A stretch of 19,971 nucleotides of DNA from Coleofasciculus chthonoplastes F2-STO-03 (GCA_040222015.1 JAVJWO010000099.1:1-19971), one strand, 5' to 3'; positions 1 to 8,244 are shown, counted from the first letter of the stretch. Program-made: numbers and translations. The notes: generated from the sequence alone by a model not told the origin.

Positions 1-210
1 TCCCGCCTCAATCCACAGGGGCAAGTTGCGATAACTGACAAAGATAGCACGGGATTCGGCTAACTTGACCCAGATTTGGTGTTGCCAGCATTCGACGCGA
101 TCGATTTGCTGGAGGGGAATGTTAAGAAATGTAGCGACTTGGTGGCGTACTTCGTCCAGAGAAAATTGGCGAGGATCAATTATTCCAGCCGTGATTAAGT
201 TCCGAGACAT
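1..210 (-). CDS. Hypothetical protein, 5' part only (runs off the window)
   Basis: ATG at 210 preceded by an AGGAG RBS; open frame MSRNLITAGIIDPRQFSLDEVRHQVATFLNIPLQQIDRVECWQHQIWVKLAESRAIFVSYRNLPLWIEAG to the window edge. Not in the supplied ORF track. Confidence 0.8.
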   Translation of the reverse strand, partial: MSRNLITAGIIDPRQFSLDEVRHQVATFLNIPLQQIDRVECWQHQIWVKLAESRAIFVSYRNLPLWIEAG

Positions 211-350
211 GGTAAATCACTCCTAATTTGGGCATGAGCGGTAGCGTTGGCTTGATTTAGGACAGTTGATGTTGGATTTCTGGCGATAGCGGCTTTTTTG
301 CCTGGAAAAACGCCCAAATCCTCAACCCTAAATCAATTGACCCAAAATCT

Positions 351-483
351 TAGCCACCCCGTATAAGTTGCCTTAAGAAGTCGGAGTGGCTAGAGGAGTG
401 TTACTATTTCTTCTAGCTTCCAGACTGGCTCTTGCAGTTTGGGGGTTAGCTACTCAGAGCTGGTGACTACAGCTTTGAGTGGC
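351..483. promoter_or_regulatory. Two related stem-loops in the long leader upstream of the 1-210 gene
   Basis: TAGCCACCCCG(351-361)...CGGAGTGGCTA(382-392) and GCTACTCAGAGCT(449-461)...AGCTTTGAGTGGC(471-483); an extended -10-like TGCTAAGAT lies on the minus strand near 512-520. Confidence 0.45.
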
Positions 484-574
484 GCTAAGAGTTTTCGGTT
501 GAATTTGGATTATCTTAGCACATTGAAGGATGGATACTCCAGCGTCAAGGTTTTGTTACAAAAATTTATTAGGT

Positions 575-603
575 AGTGGTATTTTTATCCAAACTTGCTT
601 AAT
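575..603 (+). pseudogene. Micro-relic of a UPF0175 antitoxin paralog
   Basis: 27/29 identity to 954-982 inside the downstream antitoxin gene; reads VFLSKLA then TAA. Confidence 0.55.
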
Positions 604-618
604 GAAACCACCCCGCTC

Positions 619-736
619 GTAGGGGCGCATGGTATGCGCCCATTCCCCAGTGTGCGGCGATAAATCCCAATATGCGCCCATCAACCTCGACATGAAAGAC
701 ACACAGCGTTAAAGGGCGCACGCCGTGCGCCCCTAC
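619..736. repeat. REP doublet (REPIN-like), GTAG-tailed hairpins in inverted orientation
   Basis: GTAGGGGCGCATGGTATGCGCCC at 619-641 and GGGCGCACGCCGTGCGCCCCTAC at 714-736. Confidence 0.8.
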
Positions 737-792
737 AAATCGACTGTCTACCCGACAACTACAATGAAAGAAGGTTGAATTTGAATTTGGCT

Positions 793-1044
793 ATGTATGA
801 AATTACACTGTCCATATCTGAAGAAACAGTACAGGCACTGAAGCTAACTCCTGAAAACCTCGATAGTGAGATCCTTTTAGCCGCCGCCGTTAAGCTTTAT
901 GAATTAGGGCGACTTTCTTCTGGAGCCGCCGCGAATCTAGCCAGAATTCCACGAGTCGTATTTTTATCCAAACTTGCTGAATTCGATGTTGATACTTTTC
1001 GCTTAACTGAATCAGAAATAGCGGAAGATTTAGCTAATGCCTGA
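793..1044 (+). CDS. UPF0175 family protein (putative antitoxin)
   Basis: AAVKLYELGRLSSGAAANLA...FLSKL is a typical UPF0175 HTH pattern; ATG 793 preferred to TTG 775; overlaps the start of a PIN/DUF3368 gene. Confidence 0.85.
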   Translation: MYEITLSISEETVQALKLTPENLDSEILLAAAVKLYELGRLSSGAAANLARIPRVVFLSKLAEFDVDTFRLTESEIAEDLANA

Positions 1045-1461
1045 AGTCATTACTGATACGTCACCAATCCAGTATCTTTACCAAACCAATTTACTTAACT
1101 TACTCCCTAGTTTATACAATCAAATTATCATGCCCCAAGGCGTTGCTGAGGAATTGGCTCAAGGGCGTTCTCTAGGTGTTGCACTACCTGAACCTGACTT
1201 GCTTTCCTGGATAACCATTCGTCCAGTGCAAGAATCACCACTTTTGCCATCCGCCTCTGATCTGGGAACAGGGGAGCGAGAAGCTTTAACCTTAGCACTA
1301 GAAATTCCCGATTCTATTGTCCTACTTTGGGTATAATTCTCAAGGCAAAACAGTCTGGATACATTGAGGCGGTATCACCCATTTTAAATCAGCTTGAGAC
1401 ACTTCGCTTCCGGTGCGATCGGGAAACCCGCGCTGCTGTGCTGAATCTGGCTGGAGAATGA
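1037..1461 (+). pseudogene. DUF3368/PIN-domain toxin, frameshifted by an internal deletion
   Basis: N-terminal VITDTSPIQYL...DLGTGEREAL...SIVL stops at 1336; another frame from about 1324 gives TLGIILKAKQSGYIEAVSPILNQLETLRFRCDRETRAAVLNLAGE* (TGA 1459-1461). The usual DDxxAR...G segment is missing. Confidence 0.85.
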
Positions 1462-1492
1462 CCTTGTGCGATCGCTCAAACTCTTCAAAAAG

Positions 1493-1522
1493 TCTCGCGA
1501 TTGCCTTCGGCAGTGCGCGAGA
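1493..1522. repeat. Small palindromic repeat between the two TA cassettes, near a HIP1 site
   Basis: TCTCGCG-ATTGCC-TTCG-GCAGT-GCGCGAGA hairpin; GCGATCGC at 1468-1475. Confidence 0.5.
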
Positions 1523-1556
1523 ACATACAATAGGAACAGTCTTGAGAAATTGAGCT

Positions 1557-1802
1557 ATGAGCGTTGTTGTCCCTGACGAAATTTTGACCATAACTCGCAT
1601 GACTGAGGCTGAAATGCGTCAAGAGATTGCTGTCATGCTCTTTGAGCGGGAAAAGCTTACTCTTGCTCAAGCTAGCCGATTTGCCGGGATGCACCGTGTC
1701 GCTTTTCAGCATCTACTGGCTAGCCGCCAAATCCCAGTTCATTACGGGATGGAAGATTTTGAACAGGACATTCAAACCCTGCGGGAGATGGATAGGCTGT
1801 GA
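1557..1802 (+). CDS. UPF0175 family protein (putative antitoxin)
   Basis: EIAVMLFEREKLTLAQASRFAGMHRVAFQHLLASRQIP pattern; GTGA overlap with the next toxin start. Confidence 0.88.
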   Translation: MSVVVPDEILTITRMTEAEMRQEIAVMLFEREKLTLAQASRFAGMHRVAFQHLLASRQIPVHYGMEDFEQDIQTLREMDRL

Positions 1803-1898
1803 TTATTGTCAGTGACACATCTCCGATCAACAATCTCGCTGCAATCAATCATCTCCATCTCCTTCATCATTTTGCAACTTGTTAACGAAGTTGGCTAA
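1799..1898 (+). pseudogene. DUF3368/PIN toxin relic (N-terminus joined to probable extreme C-terminus)
   Basis: GTG 1799 gives MIIVSDTSPINNLAAINHLHLLHH, stop at 1883-1885; a shifted frame 1869-1898 reads ILQLVNEVG*, like DUF3368 C-termini. Confidence 0.75.
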
Positions 1899-1944
1899 TA
1901 CCCAATCCGACGACAACGTTAAAATGGCACTGACTTTGGAGTTG

Positions 1945-1987
1945 GTAGTCAGCGCTTTAGCGCTTCTGGCACTAAAGTGCCTACTAC
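1945..1987. repeat. Compact REP doublet
   Basis: GTAGTCAGCGCTTTAGCGCT...GGCACTAAAGTGCCTACTAC; inverted GTAG/CTAC tails around two hairpins. Confidence 0.7.
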
Positions 1988-2009
1988 AAACCCATCTCCC
2001 CCATCTCGT

Positions 2010-2693
2010 CTATCGTCCCTGTTTAGACGAAGCGATCGCAAGAATACCATATACTGCGATTCCCTGCTGGCGTAACACTTGCGTGGCTGAACGGGCGGTT
2101 GCGCCTGTGGTGTAAATATCGTCTAAAATCAGTACGGGTGAATGATGTGAACGTTTGCCAAAACGCTTACCCACAGCAAACGCCTCCGTGAGATTTTGCG
2201 ATCGCTCTTTTGCAGATAAGCCAAACTGGGCTTCAGTTTCCCGAACCCGTTCTAAACCGTGGGGCTGATACTGATACCCTGTAAATTGACAAAAACTCTC
2301 GGCAAGAAGTTCAGCTTGATTAAATCCCCGTTGTTGGCGCTTACTGGGGTGAATCGGAATCGGAATCACCGTTAATTTTTTAGTCTGCTGCGCCGCCGCC
2401 GATTGTAGCCAAGCCTCACCTAACCAGAATCCCAAGGGACGGGCTAACTGGGTATGATTCTCGTATTTTAGCGCCGCGATCGCCCGTTTAAGAGTATCGC
2501 CATAATGTCCCCAGACAAAGACGGGTAAATCCCCTTGCCAAAATTGACTCGGATGCTTCAGTTGACAGCGCTGTAACTGACGCTGACAGTATTGACACAA
2601 TTCAGCATCAGTGGCGCGATCGCATAATGGACAGTTTGACTTCAGGAATAAAGACAGTAAGCTATTTGTCAACTGTCCGATTCCTAGTTTCAT
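2010..2693 (-). CDS. comF: ComF family protein (Zn-finger plus phosphoribosyltransferase domain)
   Basis: CPLC...CQYC, IPIP.H..KRQQRGFNQAELLA, LILDDIYTTGAT; start set at ATG 2693 because the longer ORF start lies in a REP. Confidence 0.9.
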   Translation of the reverse strand: MKLGIGQLTNSLLSLFLKSNCPLCDRATDAELCQYCQRQLQRCQLKHPSQFWQGDLPVFVWGHYGDTLKRAIAALKYENHTQLARPLGFWLGEAWLQSAAAQQTKKLTVIPIPIHPSKRQQRGFNQAELLAESFCQFTGYQYQPHGLERVRETEAQFGLSAKERSQNLTEAFAVGKRFGKRSHHSPVLILDDIYTTGATARSATQVLRQQGIAVYGILAIASSKQGR

Positions 2694-2757
2694 CTCGCTC
2701 GTCTTCTCTTTAAATAACCTCCATAGAATTATACCTTTAGTTTTTTCCCCAGCTTCC

Positions 2758-2781
2758 AGACGTGCCATGGCACGTCTCTAC
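2758..2781 (-). repeat. Single REP hairpin
   Basis: Minus strand GTAG-AGACGTGCCATGGCACGTCT (perfect palindrome); a 15-bp inverted partial copy TGGCACGTCTGGAAG lies at 3555-3569. Confidence 0.7.
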
Positions 2782-2806
2782 ATGGCTCCTCCTGCTCTCT
2801 AGTGCC

Positions 2807-3232
2807 TTAAGCGACATCTAATAAAAACATCGACAAAAACGCTAAATACAACAGAAGGGCAAGCAAAACCACCACAAATGGCGGTGTAAAAATCACCGGA
2901 AAACTCGCTTCTTCTAAAAGATTGGGTAAAAACCCTTGATAGCAGATAGTATCGCCACAGGTTCCGTAATTAAATAGAATGACAAACGTTTGCAGCCCAA
3001 TAATTTTTGACAAAACACCTCGCTTAATTTTTACCTTTGTGCGTCTCTTTGCTGTCCGAGCCGTTGCACTAAAAAACAAAAATATTGTTGTGGTGATGTA
3101 AAACAATCCCGCAAATGCAATGTAGAAAAAAATTGACATCCAGCCGCCCGATGTCATAAAAAAGAGTGGAATACTAATTAACGCATAAATCAGGTAAACA
3201 CTAAAGACAAGCCAGATATTGGTTGTAATCAT
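2807..3232 (-). CDS. Hypothetical integral membrane protein (about 4 TM segments)
   Basis: Hydrophobic ORF with basic loop ARTAKRRTKVKIKR and a CGDTIC motif; ATG 3232 preferred to TTG 3352. Confidence 0.7.
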   Translation of the reverse strand: MITTNIWLVFSVYLIYALISIPLFFMTSGGWMSIFFYIAFAGLFYITTTIFLFFSATARTAKRRTKVKIKRGVLSKIIGLQTFVILFNYGTCGDTICYQGFLPNLLEEASFPVIFTPPFVVVLLALLLYLAFLSMFLLDVA

Positions 3233-3595
3233 TGAAGTTATAACCCTTGCAGATTTACAAACAGCTTTGTTCCAGTCTCTATAAAAATTAGAGCTGGATG
3301 CAAACAGGTAGAAGCTGAAGCCTGGTTTAATAATTATTTGTACGAGATGCAATACTCATTTATTTCTTCAAGAGAGTGATTACAATCATTTAGCCCATTA
3401 GATCTTGCACCATTAGATTATCGTTAGTTCCGCTAGTCTTAAAACCCCAATACTTCGTCAAGTTAGAGGGCTTTATGTTTATACCTACTAATAAACGAAC
3501 CATTATCCGGAATCACCCTTGATGTGGCGAAGCCGGGGGCTCCAGGTGCGCGGGTGGCACGTCTGGAAGATGGGGAGTTGTGAGTTATCACCTTA

Positions 3596-3627
3596 CCCTG
3601 TTCCCTGTTCCCTGTTCCCTGTTCCCT
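3596..3627. repeat. Heptamer short tandem repeat (CCCTGTT)x4.5, STRR-like
   Basis: Read directly; followed by AATGACAAATGAC just downstream of the nuclease stop. Confidence 0.85.
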
Positions 3628-3644
3628 AGCGAATGACAAATGAC

Positions 3645-4448
3645 TTAAATCGATACTTCTTCAATATCAGCTAAATCAGGCAATAAATCACCATCACCAA
3701 CAGCACTTTCCCCAGTTCGCTGACAGCGCACCGCAAAGCTACAGTTACCGCATTTACCCGATGATATGGGAACTTGGGGAAACGGGATATGATCATTTTG
3801 ATAGCGGTGTAACCATCCGGATAGCCGAGTCAGCAACTCCGTTAAATCCGCTCTGGTTTTTTCATGTTGTACTCTATCGTAGGCAAACGTAAGACATTGG
3901 GGACGGGGTTGAGACTTAACAAACCAGTACGTCATCGAAATCTGATCAGGCAAATAATCACTGGTTTGAAGCAAAACATATCGGTATAAGCGCGTTTGCC
4001 AATCTTTGGCTAACCGATGACGATTTGTCGGTAGAGGATAGGTTTTCCAGTCGAGAATTTGGGCGCTTTTTTCGTCTTCAATAAATAAGTCGTAAATAAC
4101 CGTTAGTAAATAGCCTTGCATCGTTACCGTGCGACAATGTTCAGCATCCCGAAAGGTTTGAGCATGACGGGCAAATACATCTGGTGCTGCATCCATGAGC
4201 GCCGTCACCCAATGATTGAGTTGGGGATTATCCTTCAGCAACGAGTCTATCGGTAATCCGAGTTCTCGTTGTTGCATTAACAGGTGAAAGTAACTTCCCC
4301 ACGTCAAACGTTCTTGTTGTTCCGGTGAAACAGGACTTCCGCATTGATCCACATAAATATATTGAAATTTACGCGGACAGGTTTCTAACAGATTGAGTTG
4401 TCCTTGGGATAAGCGAGTTAGGGAAACCGCCATACTTTGAGCATTCAT
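3645..4448 (-). CDS. PD-(D/E)XK nuclease family protein (RecB/AddB/Cas4-like, possible Fe-S cluster)
   Basis: LSQGQLNLLETCPRKF, YDL, ILDWKT, QTRLY and C-terminal CGNCSFAVRC; ATGA overlap with the fibrillin gene. Confidence 0.85.
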   Translation of the reverse strand: MNAQSMAVSLTRLSQGQLNLLETCPRKFQYIYVDQCGSPVSPEQQERLTWGSYFHLLMQQRELGLPIDSLLKDNPQLNHWVTALMDAAPDVFARHAQTFRDAEHCRTVTMQGYLLTVIYDLFIEDEKSAQILDWKTYPLPTNRHRLAKDWQTRLYRYVLLQTSDYLPDQISMTYWFVKSQPRPQCLTFAYDRVQHEKTRADLTELLTRLSGWLHRYQNDHIPFPQVPISSGKCGNCSFAVRCQRTGESAVGDGDLLPDLADIEEVSI

Positions 4449-5029
4449 GGTTTGGTAAGGACAAATACACTGTCTTTATTCCCGCGTCCAATCCGCAGAT
4501 TTTCGTCGAGATAAGTAATCTCCAACCAGCCCCGTTGCTCTCGACTTTCAATATTAAAATCAAGCGCCTTAAATTTTTTACCCGTTTCAATTTGCTGGAT
4601 AAAATTAGTCGGAGATTTATAGTCAATTAAGCGTTGTAATCCGACGACAGACCGATCAAAATTAACATTAACTCGGCGTTCGGAAACCGCTTCAAACTGC
4701 GCTCCAACACTGATAATTCCCTCCAGATAAGGCAAACTGGAAACCTCGGCAATATTATAAATTTTCGCGTCGGCGGTGCGAACACATTGGTAAATTTGAC
4801 CCAATTGCCACAGAGGAAACCGACCCAGGTTTAACAAATCGCTACTGGTTGTGTAGAGTAATCGCCAGTTCCCTTCCAGCAACTCCTGCGCTTCCAGTGG
4901 ACGTGGCGTGGGGTTGCGGTCTTCTAATTGGGCAACGGCTGCCAAAATCGCTGTTTTTTCCGTGTCCGTTGCCAACAACCCCCGATTTTTTCCCGCGATC
5001 GCTTCTAATAACGTGGCTTTGCTAACCAT
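4445..5029 (-). CDS. PAP/fibrillin family protein
   Basis: LEDRNPTPRPL, LLEGNWRLLYTTS and GWLEITYLDENLRIGRGNKDSVFVL signatures. Confidence 0.92.
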   Translation of the reverse strand: MVSKATLLEAIAGKNRGLLATDTEKTAILAAVAQLEDRNPTPRPLEAQELLEGNWRLLYTTSSDLLNLGRFPLWQLGQIYQCVRTADAKIYNIAEVSSLPYLEGIISVGAQFEAVSERRVNVNFDRSVVGLQRLIDYKSPTNFIQQIETGKKFKALDFNIESREQRGWLEITYLDENLRIGRGNKDSVFVLTKP

Positions 5030-5092
5030 CTGTAGTCCTGACAATCCACCGTTAAATATGGTATCATTTTTATCGACTTACTGAAATTTATT

Positions 5093-5320
5093 ATGTATAA
5101 TCCTTCTTTGCGTGAAGAATCTCGTGAGCAACTGGCTCCAGTCATTTCCGTTCCCCGTGAAACCTCAGTTTTAGAGTGGTTAGAAACAACGAATCGTCTG
5201 CTGGCGCGTGATCCTAGCGAGAAGGAGAGCGGTGATGATGAAGAGGAAATCACTGAATTGATGGGTGCTGATGATAATGACTATGATGACGAGGAAGATG
5301 ATGATCTAGATGAAGATTAA
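5093..5320 (+). CDS. DUF3134 family small acidic protein
   Basis: NPSLREE.R.QLAPVI...SVLEWLETTNRL with an acidic tail. Confidence 0.8.
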   Translation: MYNPSLREESREQLAPVISVPRETSVLEWLETTNRLLARDPSEKESGDDEEEITELMGADDNDYDDEEDDDLDED

Positions 5321-5367
5321 CGGACGGGCATAGAATAGGAGGAACTGGGGCGCTAGGGCGCGATCGC

Positions 5368-6186
5368 TTAATTCACAGCCCACGCCCTGATCCCCAAAGC
5401 CAGCACCATCAAGAAAGCTAACCCCATGACTCCCGCGATCGGGTTTCCATCTACTCCGGTTATCCAAGGAGACACTTGACCCGAATACTGCACTAATTCT
5501 CCCACATTAATCATGTAATAGCCCCAAACCAACCCCGCATGTAACCCAATGGGTAAACCCAAACGCCCTTGTCCTCGTTTTGCCCAAACTAAGGTTAATC
5601 CCAACAGCACTAATCCGGGAAATCCTGGTAACGTGCGAATAATTTCTCCGAGAGGTTTGAGAAAATGCAGTGTGGCAAAAATTAGCGCATCTGCCCAAAG
5701 AGATATCTTGAGAGAATAGTCTCGTTCTAACTCATCCAATAACCAACCCCGAAAGACTAACTCCTCCGCTAAGCCAATACCCAGAGCGCTAACTAATCCT
5801 TCTAAAATGATCCGCCTCAATTGTTCTGGAGGATGTTGAAATGTTAGCCACCCTAATCCCCCCTCTAACGCAAACAAACTTAAGGTAAATAATAAACCAA
5901 TACTTAACCCATTGAGCAAGTCTATCCCATTGCGCCTAGAGGAGTACAACCCATACTGCTTTAACAGTTGAGGTTCTCCATAAACGAACCGTCCCCAGAT
6001 TTGTAGTAGCCCTAAAAATTCCCCAAACAATAGCGCCATCGTTAGAATCGTGACTAGGTTTGGATCATCGACTAAAAGGTAGATTGGCGCAGCTAACGGT
6101 AACCAAAATAGCCCTAAGGTAACGACAAACAAACCCAGCCGCATAGGTGCTGGGTATTGTGCCAATTTCGGGAGGTTCAGTCTCAA
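5368..6186 (-). CDS. CPBP (CAAX/Abi) intramembrane metalloprotease
   Basis: GLAEELVFRG, FATLH and IGLHAG motifs; multiple TM segments. Start codon approximate. Confidence 0.88.
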   Translation of the reverse strand: MRLNLPKLAQYPAPMRLGLFVVTLGLFWLPLAAPIYLLVDDPNLVTILTMALLFGEFLGLLQIWGRFVYGEPQLLKQYGLYSSRRNGIDLLNGLSIGLLFTLSLFALEGGLGWLTFQHPPEQLRRIILEGLVSALGIGLAEELVFRGWLLDELERDYSLKISLWADALIFATLHFLKPLGEIIRTLPGFPGLVLLGLTLVWAKRGQGRLGLPIGLHAGLVWGYYMINVGELVQYSGQVSPWITGVDGNPIAGVMGLAFLMVLALGIRAWAVN

Positions 6187-6208
6187 AATGTTCAGGGCTT
6201 AACTCTCC

Positions 6209-6496
6209 CTATTCATCCGGTTCAATCGTACTGGTTAAGCCGTGATTCTTCAACGTTTCACAATAGAACTCTGCATGTTCTAAAGCGCAGGTGATGACTA
6301 GAGCAATTCCTGAGTTGTGGGCTTCCATCATAATATTGACAGCTTGCGGCTGAGTCAAACTCGGTACCGTCTGTATCAAGGCTTGCACCACATGTTCCAT
6401 CGGGTTGAAATCATCATTGTGGAGCAAAACACGATAGCGAGGTGCGGGTTTCCGAACGGTTGATGTTGAACGCTTTTCAATCGTTTCGACAGACAA
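6209..6496 (-). CDS. clpS: ATP-dependent Clp protease adaptor ClpS
   Basis: YRVLLHNDDFNPMEHVV, IMMEAHNSG, LTSTIEP; TTG start at 6496 after a GAGGGAG RBS. Confidence 0.93.
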   Translation of the reverse strand: MSVETIEKRSTSTVRKPAPRYRVLLHNDDFNPMEHVVQALIQTVPSLTQPQAVNIMMEAHNSGIALVITCALEHAEFYCETLKNHGLTSTIEPDE

Positions 6497-6634
6497 GGCT
6501 AGAATCTCCCTCTCGTTCAAGTGTTTACAAAAAAATAGTGGCTGGGATACAGTTCCCTATTTTAGCTTTTTCTTTATATTACTCAACAATTATCAGACCA
6601 ATCACCCGATTTGGCGAGTAGAGATAGCCGAATC

Positions 6635-6663
6635 TTGACTCAATCCTACAATCCTTATAGTCT
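6635..6663 (+). promoter_or_regulatory. Sigma70-type promoter, orphan duplicate of the MTase promoter
   Basis: TTGACT-N17-TAGTCT; the region 6635-6711 is homologous to 7208-7284. Confidence 0.5.
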
Positions 6664-6772
6664 TAATGTGTGACTAAATAGCGTAAATTAACACACATTT
6701 CCTCGTTTAACCTGAACTTCTCTCAAAGGCTCGCTCTTTTTCTATAGCTTTTTATCTCAAAAATAGGAGTAA

Positions 6773-7042
6773 TCATTCTTGAGTTATAACATTACGAATC
6801 CCTTGTGAATCCTGCTCTAAATCATCTTCCGTGTAAGGCAAGTAGGCTTTTTCACGCTTGAGAAATTCATAAGTTTCCCACCGGGATGAGAAGTTGAGCA
6901 TCTGGCGGGCTTGGGCGGCTCCAATGTGTCCTTGGCGATAGTTATCAGCCACGATAAGTTCTAAAATTCGGCGGGAGATGTTGGTAGGTTGTAGTTGTAG
7001 TTGATTGGCGATGTCGTCAGGAAGTTCGATCGTGATTTGCAT
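6773..7042 (-). CDS. UPF0175 family protein (orphan antitoxin)
   Basis: MQITIELPDDI...YRQGHIGAAQARQMLNFSSRWETYEFLK...YTEDDLEQD; AAGGAG RBS; no intact toxin downstream. Confidence 0.85.
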   Translation of the reverse strand: MQITIELPDDIANQLQLQPTNISRRILELIVADNYRQGHIGAAQARQMLNFSSRWETYEFLKREKAYLPYTEDDLEQDSQGIRNVITQE

Positions 7043-7207
7043 GATTGCTTCTCCTTAACTTACAAGAGAGTCTTTTCTATAATAGGCTGGTTATCAGGTA
7101 TAATGTCTAGATGATTAAACTTGGCGGGTATATTCATCCCAGCTACCAGAAATCTCTGAATGCCGCTATGAGTTACAGCTTGGGGTAATTATTGAAATGC
7201 CAAAACG

Positions 7208-7236
7208 TTGACTCAATCCCACAATTATCATAGTCT
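7208..7236 (+). promoter_or_regulatory. Putative sigma70 promoter of the DNA methyltransferase
   Basis: TTGACT(7208)-N17-TAGTCT(7231), ending 27 bp before ATG 7264. Confidence 0.6.
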
Positions 7237-7263
7237 TGATGTATAACTAAAGAACGTAAAATA

Positions 7264-8244
7264 ATGCATTCCCTGGCGTTCAACTACAATTCAGAAACCA
7301 TAGGTGGCTCCTTCATTTTATATGCAGACTGCTTCGACTGGTTGGCACAGATACCGGAAAATAGCATTCATGGAGTCGTCACCGATCCACCCTATGGCGT
7401 CAAAGAATATGACATCGAGCAAATTAAGAAAAGAAGCAATGGTAAAGGAGGAATTTGGAGAATTCCACCGTCTTATGATGGACATCAACGTTCACCTTTG
7501 CCCCGATTTACCGCACTGACTCACAAAGAACGAACCACATTGAAATGCTTCTTTGTTGAGTGGGCAAAATTAGTCGTGCGGGTATTACGTCCTGGGAGTC
7601 ATGTCTTTGTTGCCAGTAATGCTTTTCTGTCTCAATTAGTTTTTTCCGCACTCGTTGAAGGTGGGTTAGAATTTCGCGGTGAATTAATTCGTTTGGTAAG
7701 AACATTGCGCGGCGGCGATCGCCCGAAAAATGCTGAACAGGAATTTCCTCATGTATCATCTATGCCCAGAGGATGTTATGAACCATGGGGAATTCTGCGA
7801 AAACCTATCCCATCAGGAATGAAAGTGAGTGACTGTTTGCGAGAATTTCAAACGGGAGGCTTACGACGAACACCGGACGGAAATCCATTTAATGATGTTA
7901 TTTTTAGTGAACGAACTCCGCGTCAAGAACGGGAGATTGCGAATCACCCTAGTTTAAAACCCCAGTCGTTTTTACGCCAAGTTGTTCATGCTGTTTTACC
8001 CTTAGGCGAAGGTATTTTAATTGATCCCTTTATGGGTTCAGGTTCGACAGTCGCCGCCGCCGAAGCTGTAGGCGTTTGCTGTATCGGGATTGAGCGATAT
8101 GCAGAGTATTACCAGATGAGTCGCACCGCCATTCCTCGGTTAGCGGCGTTGAACGTGTCGCCGCATCTACGAAAATCGACGGAGAACGTTGATGTGCAAA
8201 TATCTACTGATTCTCAACAACACCAGCAGTTAACGCTTGGGTAA
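7264..8244 (+). CDS. Site-specific DNA methyltransferase (N4-C/N6-A, beta class), orphan
   Basis: VTDPPY catalytic motif N-terminal; HPSLKP and DPFMGSGST SAM motif C-terminal (beta order). Confidence 0.9.
   Translation: MHSLAFNYNSETIGGSFILYADCFDWLAQIPENSIHGVVTDPPYGVKEYDIEQIKKRSNGKGGIWRIPPSYDGHQRSPLPRFTALTHKERTTLKCFFVEWAKLVVRVLRPGSHVFVASNAFLSQLVFSALVEGGLEFRGELIRLVRTLRGGDRPKNAEQEFPHVSSMPRGCYEPWGILRKPIPSGMKVSDCLREFQTGGLRRTPDGNPFNDVIFSERTPRQEREIANHPSLKPQSFLRQVVHAVLPLGEGILIDPFMGSGSTVAAAEAVGVCCIGIERYAEYYQMSRTAIPRLAALNVSPHLRKSTENVDVQISTDSQQHQQLTLG

Noticed and set aside
1340..2115. ORFs 1340-1600, 1485-1712, 1627-1815 and 1879-2115
   Set aside because: They overlap better-supported TA genes, REPs or comF and show no recognisable motifs.
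3240..3379. Possible frameshifted small-gene relic on the plus strand (ITLADLQTALFQSL / IRAGCKQVEAEAWFNNYLYEM)
   Set aside because: It looks protein-like, but it has no start codon and I cannot assign a family without a TBLASTN search.
3645..4448. cas4 / CRISPR-Cas locus
   Set aside because: No repeat-spacer array and no other cas genes in the window; the context is housekeeping.
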